A stretch of 64,000 bases of DNA from Eledone cirrhosa (lineage: Eukaryota), in assembly GCA_964016885.1 (NCBI GenBank), contig OZ024745.1:126790001-126854000 (forward strand), read 5' to 3'. Position numbers and translations under genes: made by a program. This document shows positions 37,986 through 49,640 of this stretch, one piece after another. Positions within the stretch are counted from its first letter, which is position 1; each line of letters opens with the position of its first letter. The notes beneath the pieces are model-generated. The model saw only the letters and a list, made by a program, of their open reading frames with translations. It did no database searches and had not been told where the DNA came from.

Positions 37986-40609
37986 CACACTGTAAATGTG
38001 GTTGGTGTTAGGAAAGGCATCCAGCTGTAAAATACCCGGCCAAATCTACAGTTCTCATCGGAGCAAGGTGTGACATGACCAACTCTGGCCAGACTTGCCT
38101 CTGGTGTTGATGACCTGTCTAACCCATGCAAGCATGGATGCAAAATGATGATGATGATGATGATGATTTTATCATGTTCAGTGATGGAAGCAAATCTCAC
38201 TAAATCTGCTCCCAGGAACCTGACCCCATCCATAACTGTCATTTGAACTTTTTTTTCATGTAATCTGTATAATGAGAATAATGAGATTTGAAATAAGAAG
38301 ACACTCTAGCAAATATCTAGTATGACAATTAAAAGTAATTTATCATTGTTTGGAATATAATTCTTGCAGAAAAATAAATGTTCAAAATCTTAGTAAATAT
38401 GTTTTGCTTGATGGATGGATGATTTTCATTCACTGTAATATATTTTTATTCTGCAGTGTATGATTATACATTTATTTCTGTGATTTTAAAATAACATCTA
38501 TAAAAATCTCTTTTTCTGATGTTTTAGATAATTTAACAAAATTATTTATAACTGATATATTCATTTTGACATACATCATTTTAAAGAATGTATTCTCCTA
38601 CCGACATAGATTTAATGGGTCTGTAGTACAGCCTATCAAGGTAACAAATTGGCTGAGTTGTTAAGACATTAGATAGAAAATATCTCATCTATTTGTGACT
38701 TTTATGTATCAATTGTACAAAACTGAGTGTTTATTAAGCAAGACCAGTTCTTAGATGACATTAGCCTGTTCTAATCAATACCCTTGTTCTGTTAGATATT
38801 TGACCATTCTTCCATATTTTAAACTCTTATGAGATTTTCACTAGATTCTGCAATGAGCAGAAAAAAACAATTGTAAATTTATAAGATGTAAAAGTTCACC
38901 ATGACATTTAAAAGTTCACCATGGCCATATCCGGCCAGAATTATTTCACCTCTTTCTGTTCAAATTGGCTGTAACTGGCCACTCATACTGATGTTAAGGT
39001 ATTGTTCTCAAAATAGATAATATCAAAATCTCATAGATTCAATATTTTTTTATATATTTATGTAAGATAAAGTATTAAAGAGAATGTGGCCAAGGACAAA
39101 GCTGTGATGAACATCGTAATATCTTCTTAAATCCACTGCTAATCATTCCTTTCTCACAACACTTTTGTATGTGGCTTGAAGTACTTTCATTAGCTACTCA
39201 TCTATCCATAGACTACTCAGCATTAATAACCAGAATATGGAGGGTGAGAACCTATGAAAACTTTCTTCATTTCAACAAATGTAAAGTTCATTTGTTAATT
39301 ATTGACCAGTGTCTTTTGCAACTACCTTAATAGAAATATGGCTTGCTTGCTTTATCCATAGCAAATTTCTACGGCTAGATGTCCTTTCTGATGCCAACCT
39401 ATACATTTCAGTAGCAGGAAAAGCATTAAATGATGATAATGATGATGATGGTGATGATGACTTATGCAGCCACACACATACATACAAACAACAAGCTTTC
39501 AGAGTACCCATCTACTAAATTTACAAGGAATTGGTCAGCTTTAATCTATAGTAGAAGACATTTGCCCAATGTACAACACAGCGGGACAAGACCTAGAACT
39601 ATATACTTTAGAAACAGACTTTTAAACCATACAGCCTTTCTAAACTAATTCTGTCTTGTACTAACATTAACTTTTTTAGCTTCTTTTGATACTTGTTTCA
39701 TCATCTTGATAATTGCTCCTCTTTAGAGCTATACCAGCTATTGGAATTGTCACATTTCTACACAACCTACTTAATTGAGTAATTAGTATAGTACCTATAT
39801 AGCTTGATGTTTTTAGTAGCTATCCTTGGTTAACTGTCATGATCTTAATTGATTTACATGTCATGTTTGAACTAATCTCTATAGTATTTGGCTTGTATAT
39901 GATATGTCCAAAAAGATAGTCATTAATCATAGATCATGAATTCACACCCAATGCTGGTATTTTTGTTGTATTTCTGGATATAAATCTATTTTTACATTAT
40001 TCACTTCACCTAGCTGTTCTTACCTGAAATAAACTATTAACCCAGCCAGTAGGACATATATTTCTCATTCTATTCAAGTAATGAAATCAAAATCAAACAT
40101 TGACCTTAAAAGCCCTTCAAAGTTTAAGTTTACCAGTATTTGTTTCCTCTATCTATTCTCAAATTTCTCATTTAACAACATTACATTGTAACTCTTTTAT
40201 GCTTCCTTCTTTTCTCTTTCACTGAAATCAAGTACATTGTTTGATTTTGAATATACTTCCCTTTAAGGATGCCCTGGTTTGCAATTCAAAATACTTCATG
40301 CTTTTCATTTTCAAAGTACATAAAGGGAGAAAACCATCAAAGTTTTTTATATATTTAATTCTATTTCTCTAATTATCTACACTTTTTTCTGATCTCAACA
40401 AATTTGTTTCTGCTAATACTCAAAGTGTTCATGATTTTGTTATTGTTATTTAATATAGACATTCCTTTAAATGGCTCTTAGTTTCATTTAGCTGTAGGTG
40501 CAGTGTTTTGTTTTGATGATTATAAAGAATGTCTTTATAAGCCAAATTAAAAAAAAGCCAAATTAAAAAAAAATGTATAGATGAGAATTAGAAGAATGTA
40601 ATATCTCTA

Positions 40610-40912
40610 AGGCAGCGAATTGACAGAGTCGTTAAGATGTCGGATAGATTGCTTTATAGCATTCTTCCCACCTCATTGCGTGCTCTGACTTCAAATTCTG
40701 CTGGGGTCAACTTTGCCTTTCATCCTTTTGAGATCGATAAAAAAAAGTACCAGTCCAGTACTGGGGTCGATTCTTCTATAGGAAAAATCAGCTGTGTTCA
40801 GACCTGGAGAGGTTTGGGCTCTGCCAGGTTTAAAAAGTGCCCTAGACATGCCGTTATGCCGTTTGATGGTGCCTCTATGACTCCACAAGGAGTTACGGGA
40901 TCTTTATCCTTT
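40610..40912 (+). mobile_element. SINE-A variant with a longer 3' tail
   Basis: Same core plus GGGCTCTGCCAGGTTTAAAAAGTGCC tail; related copies ~13700-14000(+), 43135-43462(-), 48695-49020(+). Confidence 0.75.
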
Positions 40913-42060
40913 TAATATCTCTGAGAAGATATTTAACCCACCTTAGCATTTTTGGTTTTTAATACTTCACTCAGAATATCGAATTCCTAACCTCTCAGAT
41001 GTTTGTTTAACTCTTTTAGTACCAAACTTATTCACTCTCCACCATTCTGTGATACAAAGCTGTTTGCTTTAAAATGTATATATTTGTTTAAAAACTTTCA
41101 TCATAATTTTGTGTATGAACCTCTGTTAATTTTGTGTATGAACCAACTTAATAATGATTTCTAATTTAGGCACTAGGCCAGCAATTTTGTGGGAGGGGAA
41201 GGTCGATTAAATCATCTCTAGTACTTTATCTTAATGTTCTTGGAAGGATGAAAGAAAAAGTTGACTTTGGCAGGAGTTGAATTCAGATTGAAAAGAGCTG
41301 GAACAAATACTACAAAATTATCTGTCCAGTGCTGAAATGGCTCTGCCAATCCATGACAATTAAAACACCAGCTAAATCCCTCCAAATTCTTGATTATTTT
41401 CAAAATTATTTAAAAATCATAGACAGCATATTTCATTAGAAATATGGAAACTAAGGAGTTAAACAGTACTCTTAATCTGTACTCATCTTTCTTTAGCCCC
41501 ATTAATTTCTAAGGAAGAGCTGTTTGCCTAATAGTGCATGTAGTTCTGCTATTCCATGTGATAAGGAGAACATCTATGATTAATGAGAGAAAAGAGAAGT
41601 GAAAAGAAGGAATGAGGTAAAATAATGTGTAACTGAATTGTTATAAATACATATACAAAAAATAAACAAAAACTGGCATCATGATAATGTGCCTAAATAA
41701 ATAGTGTAAAAGAGTACATGTTTATTATGGGATGATGAGGCTCATTTAAGTGGAAGACTATTGGTTATTAGGTAAAATTCCGAGCATATTACGTTTAATT
41801 AGAACAGTTCACATCATTAGCTTTGCAAAGTAGAATAAACATGAAGTATTGTACATTATAAGAAAATACTTCCAATGTTTTTTTAGAGCCCACACTCTGT
41901 TGCAAGAATTCAAGGTAGGTTTCTAGTTCAGGGATAACTCCATCCTTTCATACAACCAGTCTCTGAAAAGAGCCATTAAAATAATATAGGAAAACAAAAC
42001 ATAATTAATTGTAGTTTTGTAGAAAGATTTAAAAAAATCAAAGATATTAATTCAGATTAA

Positions 42061-42280
42061 CCCTTTAGCATTTAAACCGGCCATATCCAGCCAAAATTCT
42101 TGTACCCCTTTCTATTCAAACCAGCCATAACCGGACACTCATACTGATGTTACAGTATTATTCGCAAAATAAATAATATCAAAATCTCATAGATTTGATA
42201 TTATATGAGATAATTATGTAAGGAAAGTCTTTACCACAAAAATACAATAGTAAATATAGAGTAATGTAAATGCTAAAGGG
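42061..42280 (+). mobile_element. piggyBac-like MITE (family A)
   Basis: CCCTTTAGCATTTA...TAAATGCTAAAGGG. Confidence 0.85.
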
Positions 42281-42334
42281 TGAAATTGAGTAGTGTAGTT
42301 AATATGAAGCATTGTGAGATATGTAGTAGATTAA

Positions 42335-42565
42335 CCCTTTAGTATTTACATTAGTTTATATTTAGTATTTACATTACTATTATATTTTCACAGTAAACAC
42401 TTTATCTCATTATTATCTCACATAATATCAAGTCTACGAGATTTCGATATTATCTATTTTGAGAACAATACCTTCACATGAGTATGAGCAGCCAGTTTTG
42501 ACTGGTTTGAACAGAAAGAGGTGAATGAATTCTGGCTGGATATGGCCAGTTTAACTGCTAAAGGG
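42335..42565 (-). mobile_element. piggyBac-like MITE (family A), reverse orientation
   Basis: TTAA flanks; inverted relative to the copy 54 bp upstream. Confidence 0.85.
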
Positions 42566-43789
42566 TTAAATTATTTACTGATACAAACATTATGACCTGT
42601 ATAAAATAGTTGTTACAGTTGTGACATCACGCAATTCCTAAAATTAGATCTGGAAAGCTACTTTTTTAGGAATTACAAACAAGAAATCATATATGCTTTT
42701 TTTCAAGTCTGTATTGGGGACATATAAGTTGTTGATAAAATATTCTAGACCATTTCAATTTGAATATATGTTTCCTACTTAAAACTAAAGACACTTGAGC
42801 CTAAGAAGGAAATTACTATATATTTATATATTAGTAATATATTATATTACTATATATATATAACTGTCATCATTATCATCGCTGTTTAATGTCTATATTC
42901 CATGCTTGTATGAGTTGCATGGGTTGTCAGGTGACTATATCTCGCTCATATGTTCCATTTGGGGCTTGGTTTCCTATGGTCAGATACCCTTTCCAATGCC
43001 AAACACCTTACAGGGTGGACTGGATGCTTTTCTGTGGCATCAGTATGTTCATGTTTCAGAGTGTACTGGGTGCTTTTTGTTATGGCACCAGCATGACCTG
43101 CTTAATTTATAAATTACTATTTAATTTATATATTGTATGTATGGTCCTGCAACTCCTGATAGAGTCGTAGGGGTGCCGTATTGACATGCAGTGTTTCTTA
43201 GGCATTTTAAGCCTAGCATAACCCACCCCTCTCCAGGCCTGAGTACAGCTGATTTCTTCCAGAGAAAGATAGAAATTGAGAGAGAGGAAATGAGAAAGAG
43301 ATATAGAGGAAGAATCAACCCCAGTACTAGACTGGTACTTCTTTTATTGACCTTGAAATGATGAAAGGCAAAGTTGACCTCAGTGGGATTTGAACTCAGA
43401 GAGCTGGAATGAATACCATAAGGCATTCTATCCGATGCTCTAACGACTGTTAATTAGCCGCTTATTTTACCATATATAAGTTACTATTATAGAATGTTAT
43501 TTTTTAAACATCATCATCATCATCTTCCTCTTATTAAATTTACTTCTACGTACATACATGTATGCATGTATGTACGTACAAGTATATATATATATACATA
43601 TAAAATATATATATATACACAGAACATACATATATATAAAATATATATATATACATAAAATATATACATACACAAAATATATACACACATAAAACATACA
43701 TACATATACATATATAAAATACACATATATACACATATAATATATATATATATATATACACACATGATATATATATACATATATATATA

Positions 43790-44355
43790 TAAAATCAGGT
43801 TCAATAAAACGTGGTTTAGATGACTCCTAAATAGTAGAGGATCTGGTGGACCATCCACCATAGGGACCACAAGCTATGGGTGGTTGTTGTTGTCCAATGG
43901 TCATTGGTACGGGGTGTAGGGGACCTACAGAGGGGGCGTTGTGGGAGGCCGTAACCGGGGTTTATCTATATAGCTAGAGGAAAGTTCCCGTCCTTAGGTG
44001 TCTGCAGGCACCGAATAAGTCGGCCCTTCTGTTTAATAGCTTGGTTCCGCCATGAAGAATCTCGAGTGTCTCACTAAGACAGAGGTTGCAAATACCAGAC
44101 CCGCCTCTGTCTGGGAGAACCTTTCTAACCATGGACCAGACCAGAGAGTGCGGGGTCTTTTCAAGTTTGAGCTTCCATATCGATTCAGAAAGGGCCGTAC
44201 ATTTCCTCTTGTCTATTCTGTTAAAGGAATGGCGATGGTTATACCACCGATCTTTGAAGCTCGTCGCTGTGGATCCTATGTAGTGGTGCTCCGAGTTAGG
44301 GGTTGTGACCTTGCACCTGTAGACTACGTTTTTCGTCATGCATTCATTACTAAGG
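43790..44355 (-). mobile_element. PLE family B 3' fragment: GIY-YIG endonuclease plus 3' UTR
   Basis: ORF 43974..44369: NVVYRCKV...HYIGSTATSFKDRWYNHRHSF...LSESIWKLK...CNLCLSETLEIL...LLNRR...CRH. Confidence 0.9.
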
Positions 44356-45728
44356 GCCAATATATTCAAGCAGCGTCTTTACATGCATACCCATTCTTTT
44401 CGATACCCTCTAAGAAGGAATATGACGTCACTTTCAGCTTATATCTGGAGTCTAAAAGACAACCACACCCAATATAAGTTACACTGGGAGATCCTAGCTA
44501 GGGCTAGATCGTATAACGGAAATAAAAGACCATGTGACCTCTGCGCTGCTGAGGCCCTGGAAATACTCTACGCCACAGACCACATCTTAAACAAAAAATC
44601 TGAGGTAATTTCGGCTTGTAAACATAAATTGGACAAACCTTTCCTGTATTACAGCCCCACATTATACCCTAACGGATAGTACGATCTATACGCGTATATT
44701 TTACGTCTTGATGTGGTAGCTAAGTATATGTTATGTTTATACCATTACTTATTTGTATAGGTAAGTATATATTACCTGTATGTTTTGTGAAGGTACGTAT
44801 TCTTTCTCGTACGTATATTTGATTGTATATGTTTTGGCGTATATTTTATATATTCTGGTACATATGCTTTTGGTTATGTGTATACGTGAGTTTTGCGTCT
44901 GTGTGAGTATGCGGGTTCGTACGTATGTAGGGTGTGTGTATATGTGTACTTCGTGTTTTGGTTGACGTACGTCTCCGAACATATGTGTATTTACATGTAA
45001 TTATGTGTGTGCGCTTGTTATATACGTATTTATTTATTTATATGTTTATTTAATTATTTGTATACACGCGCACACACATATATATGTATGCGTGTATTTG
45101 TATACCTATGGTGAGTGTTTTCGCGTATGCTTGTGTATGTACTTATATGGATGCGTGTATGTATTTATTTAATTTCAATTACCTCTCTATTTTATTTACT
45201 TTATTCTTAACTCTGAAGCCGAGAATCATTCGGTTTCCTAGTTAGAATTTTAGTCTACGACTTCAGTTATACCATTTACGCGGTTTTGTCTTTGCGTGCA
45301 ATTGTTCTCCCCGCTCCACACATGACGTATTATCTTCATTTTTTCCGTTCATTGCCAGAGAACGTCTCTATGAACCACCTCATAGAATATTAGTCTACGA
45401 CTTCTTTTATACCATAAACGTGGTTTTGTCTTTGCGTGTAATTGTTTTTCACCGCTCCAAATAATTGTTTCTACTTTTGGCACAAGGCCAGCAATTACCC
45501 AGTGTATCACTGGTACTTTATTTTATCGACCCCGTATTCGTTTTTTCCCGTTCTTCGGCACCGAACGTTTCCACGAACCAAAGTATCGTCTTCCTGTCTT
45601 CCTCCGGTTGCAACGTTTTTTGAAATATCCACTTCTGCGTTTACAGATTGACTTTGTTAGTTTCAGAAGATCCCGTTAAGGGTGAAAGCTGCGATTCTTT
45701 GCTTAAACTTTAATCTGTTATTTTAATA
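44356..45728 (+). mobile_element. PLE family A 3' fragment (second copy): endonuclease C-terminus plus pLTR
   Basis: Highly similar to 11486-12818; ORF 44338..44679 FKQRLYMHTHSF...CDLCAAEALEIL...ACKH. Confidence 0.92.
45643..45718 (+). ncRNA. Variant hammerhead-like motif (third copy)
   Basis: Same as 12734-12809 with one substitution in stem III and one in the stem I bulge. Confidence 0.55.
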
Positions 45729-45799
45729 TATATATATATATATGTGTGTGTGTATATATACACACACATATATATATGTATATATATATATATATGTGC

Positions 45800-45832
<33 letters not shown>

Positions 45833-45836
<4 letters not shown>

Positions 45837-46030
45837 GGTCGGCCGAAAAGTTCATAGGCTGACCAAGATACTCTCATTGAATGACCAAATGCAATTTATT
45901 TTTCAACATAGTCCCTGCAAAGAAACAATTCAGTTATTAATAAGAAGAGTTGAAATGAATGCATGCAAGATTTCACAGCTCAAGCATCACTCTTTCATAG
46001 TCAGCCTATGAACCTTTCAGTTTACCGTCA
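45833..46030. mobile_element. Tc1/mariner-like MITE
   Basis: TA-flanked TIRs TGAGGGTCGGCCGAAAAGTTCATAGGCTGAC / GTCAGCCTATGAACCTTTCAG...GTCA. Confidence 0.8.
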
Positions 46031-46348
46031 TATATGCAGGGACATGCATACCTGTAATACATGTGTACACATATGTCTATATGGGTGCCAACAAGGATAA
46101 ATGGTTAAAATTTCACTTCACACTCAAGAGATCCCAGTTAGTTAATGTCTTCTGCCTTAGCCCTGGGTCAACTCAAGTCTTTGAGTAAATTTGGGTAGGC
46201 AGAAATTGTGTGGAAGCCTGTTGAATCCTATCTGCAATTCAAACAGCCATACTTGTCACATTGTGTCATACAGATTTTGCCTGGGTATTATGTCAATGAT
46301 ACATGTATCTATAAGAATAATCAATCACTTATGCTATAACTCAATGAG

Positions 46349-46900
46349 TCTTCTTCTTCTTCTTCTTCTTCTTCTTTTTCTTTTTCTTTTTCTTTTTCTT
46401 TTCCTTCTTCTTCTTCTTTTTCTTTTCCTTCTTCTTCTTCTTCTTCTTCTTCTTCTTCTTCTTCTTCTTCTTCTTCTTCTTCTTCTTCTTCTTCTTCCAC
46501 TTATTCCTGGAAGGATCATGGGTGCAGAGTCCTCAAAAACTCCCTCAAACACGAGACCAGCCAAGCACATGGCTGTTATCCAACCATCCTGCTCAGGTTC
46601 TACCCCTGGGTCTCCTGCCGGTTGGTTTCGTCCATAAAATCTGTCCAGCAATTCTTTCCTGAGATATTTTAACCACATACCCATAGTATCAGCTGTGATC
46701 TTTCAATTCAGAGAAGTAGCAGCTCTACCTGGAATGACTCTCTGATCTCCGAGCTACACACTTTGTCGAGTAACATTACTCCAAAGACCCTTTAAAGGAA
46801 TCCCATTTCAGTCGCTTGTATTCATGATCATATTCTTTCAGTCATCACGCAAGATTCATTACCATAGGTAAGGGTTGGCATGAAAACCAAACTGAAGATA
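46349..46900 (-). mobile_element. Retroelement 3' end with a long (GAA)n tail ((CTT)n at 46349-46497)
   Basis: Paralogous to ~57727-58135; the poly-R and poly-L ORFs are repeat artefacts. Confidence 0.65.
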
Positions 46901-47237
46901 GCAAGTACGGCTTTTACGCCTTCGTTCCTTCTTCTGATTATTCAATGAATAGATAGCACAATTGACTAAACAACTGAAATAGGCATCATTGTAATATATG
47001 TAGGTTACCTTTTTTGCATTCTGAGGGTTTTTAAAAATCCCAACTAATAGACTAATTTACTTAGTCAAAATATGGTGTAAGCACTATTTACTAGCTATTT
47101 TTCAAATCTCCACTGTTTATAAACAAAGCCAAGCTTTGTATCTTCTACATGTGTAAACAATATTAAAATAAAAAGTTAAAAACATCATATATAATGTTCT
47201 ATTTACTAAATCAATATTTAATTTTCTTTTCATCCAG

Positions 47238-47339
47238 TTATTCTACTAGTAGAGTTGGCTTGGCTAATTGTTGGAGTTGTTTGGACGGCAAAGTATTACC
47301 AATCATGTGGCTCAGGTTCAGTGAACAAAATTGTTCTTG
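47238..47339 (+). CDS. DAGLA: Diacylglycerol lipase alpha-like, next coding exon (102 bp; TM3)
   Basis: ttttcatccag|TT acceptor and G|gtaagt donor; phase 1 joins the previous exon (T+TT=Phe). Encodes FILLVELAWLIVGVVWTAKYYQSCGSGSVNKIVL(G) versus recalled DAGLA AILVIEFIYAIVGIVWLTQYYTSCNDLTAKNVTLG. Confidence 0.93.
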
Positions 47340-47557
47340 GTAAGTTTCTAAATTTTTATAATGATATATTTATATATGTCTGTATTCTGTGTATCTTTCT
47401 AATGTCACCTCTATTGAAGTAACATCATGTCTAGGAAGTGGAGTTGTGAACCTGCCATGTGAGAGTTCTTACCAGTTAGGTTCTACATCTTAAAAAGAAA
47501 GAAGTGGGAAGTACAAAAGGAGATCATACTCAATAGTGAGTCAACACCAATATATAT

Positions 47558-48312
47558 ATGGGCATTACTGTCAGCAGTGATTTGCGTTGGACAAAGCATG
47601 TCTCTAAGATTGTCAAGAAGGCCGAGGGTGTCTTGGCATCACTCAGCAAGACCTTTGTTAGCCGCTCTCCAGCCATCTATTTAAAGCTGGCTACAGCTAT
47701 GGTACAACCACACTTGGAATTCGCATCATCAGTCTGGAACCCCTATCTTGCTCAGAACATTGACATCCTGGAAACTGTTCAGAGACGAGCAATCAAGCGC
47801 ATACCCTCCATCAGACACCTACCATACTCTGAACGCCTTGCTTCCCTGGGCATGGATTCATTGAAGCTCCGACATCTGGCAATGGACTTGGTAAACGCCC
47901 ACAAAGTTATTAACCATCTCGCCAACAACAACCCTAAGCACCTTTTTGATCTCCATGTGTCTAACACACGTGGACATGCCTACAAAATCAGAAAACAACA
48001 CAGCTCCCATGACTTTCGGAAACATTTTTTCACGCTCAGAGTTGCTGAAGCATGGAACAAACTGCCTGCGTCAGTTGTTAGCTGCCGAGACACTGCACCC
48101 TTTAAAACCCTCATGCTTCCCGAAATTTGCCAAAACTACACCTGATGTACCCCTTCCATACACAGCACACATGTGTATATCATGACTAATGTACTGTTCA
48201 TTTTCCTGACGTCTGTACATTACCCTATGTACTATACATACACTTTTTGATGAGTTGTAGTGCACCTGAGCACTGTATTTTCACACAATATTTTCATTAT
48301 TATCATTATTAT
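47558..48312 (+). mobile_element. CR1-clade LINE 3' fragment with (ATT)n tail
   Basis: 195-aa open frame: GITVSSDLRW...VQPHLEFASSVWNPY...ILETVQRRA...YSERL..LG...TRGH..K....FFTLRVAEAWNKLP; short TA tracts on both sides. Confidence 0.92.
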
Positions 48313-48431
48313 ATATATATAGATGAAAGTTTCAGAGTCATGACTCTTTTATATAACCATACTTTACTACCCCAAGTATCGAGTACTCTGGTGAGTAATG
48401 GTAAAACTAGTTTCTAACTAAATCCATCCTG

Positions 48432-48692
48432 AGATGGTATGGACATGTGATGTGCATGGACGATGACCGATGGGTGAAAAAGTGCCAGGAAGTCCCAGTG
48501 AAGGGAAGACGCAGTAGAGGTTGACCACGAAAAACATGGGCGGAGGGGGTGAGAGCAGACCTCAGATCGCTGAAACTCACAGAGGAGATGACGAAGGACC
48601 GTGACAAGTGGAGAGATGCTGTGCTGAATAGGACCCGTCCAACCCTTGCAAGCAGGGAAAAGCAGACATAAAATGATGATGATGATGATGAT
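48432..48692 (+). mobile_element. RTE LINE 3' end with (GAT)n tail
   Basis: WYGHVMCMDDDRWVKKC...; close reverse complement of 52140-52385. Confidence 0.88.
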
Positions 48693-49036
48693 AGTAGGTG
48701 AATTGGCAGAGTCGTTAGAATGTCAGATAGAATACTTTGTAGCATTCATTTCGGCTCTCTACTCTCTCAGTACAAATCCCGCTGAGGTGAACTTTGCCTT
48801 TCATCCATTTGGGGTCAATAAAAAAGTACCAGCCAAGTACTGGGGTTGATTATTCCTCTATATCTCTTTCTCACTTCCTTTCTCTCACACTCTCTATCCT
48901 TATCTTGAAGAAATCTACTGTTTTCAGACCTGGAGAGGAGATGGGCTCTGCTAGGTTTAAAAAATGCCCTATGTCAATATGCCGCCCCTACAACTCCCTT
49001 AGGAGTTACGGGTCCATACCATACCATATATATATA

Positions 49037-49202
49037 TAAGGGCTGGCTGAAAAATTCATAGGCTGACTATGAAGAGGTGATGCTAGAGCTGTGAAATCTT
49101 GCATGCATTAATTTCAACTCTTCTTATTAATAACGGCATTGCTTCTTTGGTCCTTCCATGAGAGTGCCTTGGTCAGCCTATAAAATTTTCAGCCAACCCT
49201 CA
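49037..49202. mobile_element. Tc1/mariner-like MITE, same family as 45833-46030, opposite orientation
   Basis: TIRs AGGGCTGGCTGAAAAATTCATAGGCTGAC / GTCAGCCTATAAAATTTTCAGCCAACCCT. Confidence 0.8.
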
Positions 49203-49224
49203 TTATATAAATATATATATATAT

Positions 49225-49444
49225 AACAAAGGAATTGTGGTAAGGAACCAGATGGACCATAACGCACCAGAGTACTCAATACTTAGGGTAGTAGAGTGGG
49301 AAATAGGAAAAAGTATGACCCTGACGGCAGAGCTCAAGCCATTTTGACGGCTATTTCTGGACTAAATTAGAATTTAAATTCTAATTTAGTCCAGAAATAG
49401 TTGTCGAAACGGCTTGAGCTCTGCCGTCGGGTTCATACTTTTTC
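49225..49444. mobile_element. Probable PLE terminal remnant with a spacerless ~138-bp palindrome (49307-49444)
   Basis: Arms centred on GAATTT|AAATTC. Right arm contains GAAA-CGGC-TTGAGCTCT-GCCG-TC (HHR stem III plus GUC). TA tracts on both flanks. Confidence 0.6.
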
Positions 49445-49473
49445 ATATATATATGTATATGTATATGTATATA

Positions 49474-49553
<80 letters not shown>

Positions 49554-49554
49554 C

Positions 49555-49637
<83 letters not shown>

Positions 49638-49640
<3 letters not shown>

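Noticed and set aside
46334-46684. Protamine-like poly-Arg ORF
   Set aside because: Translation of a (GAA)n retroelement tail.
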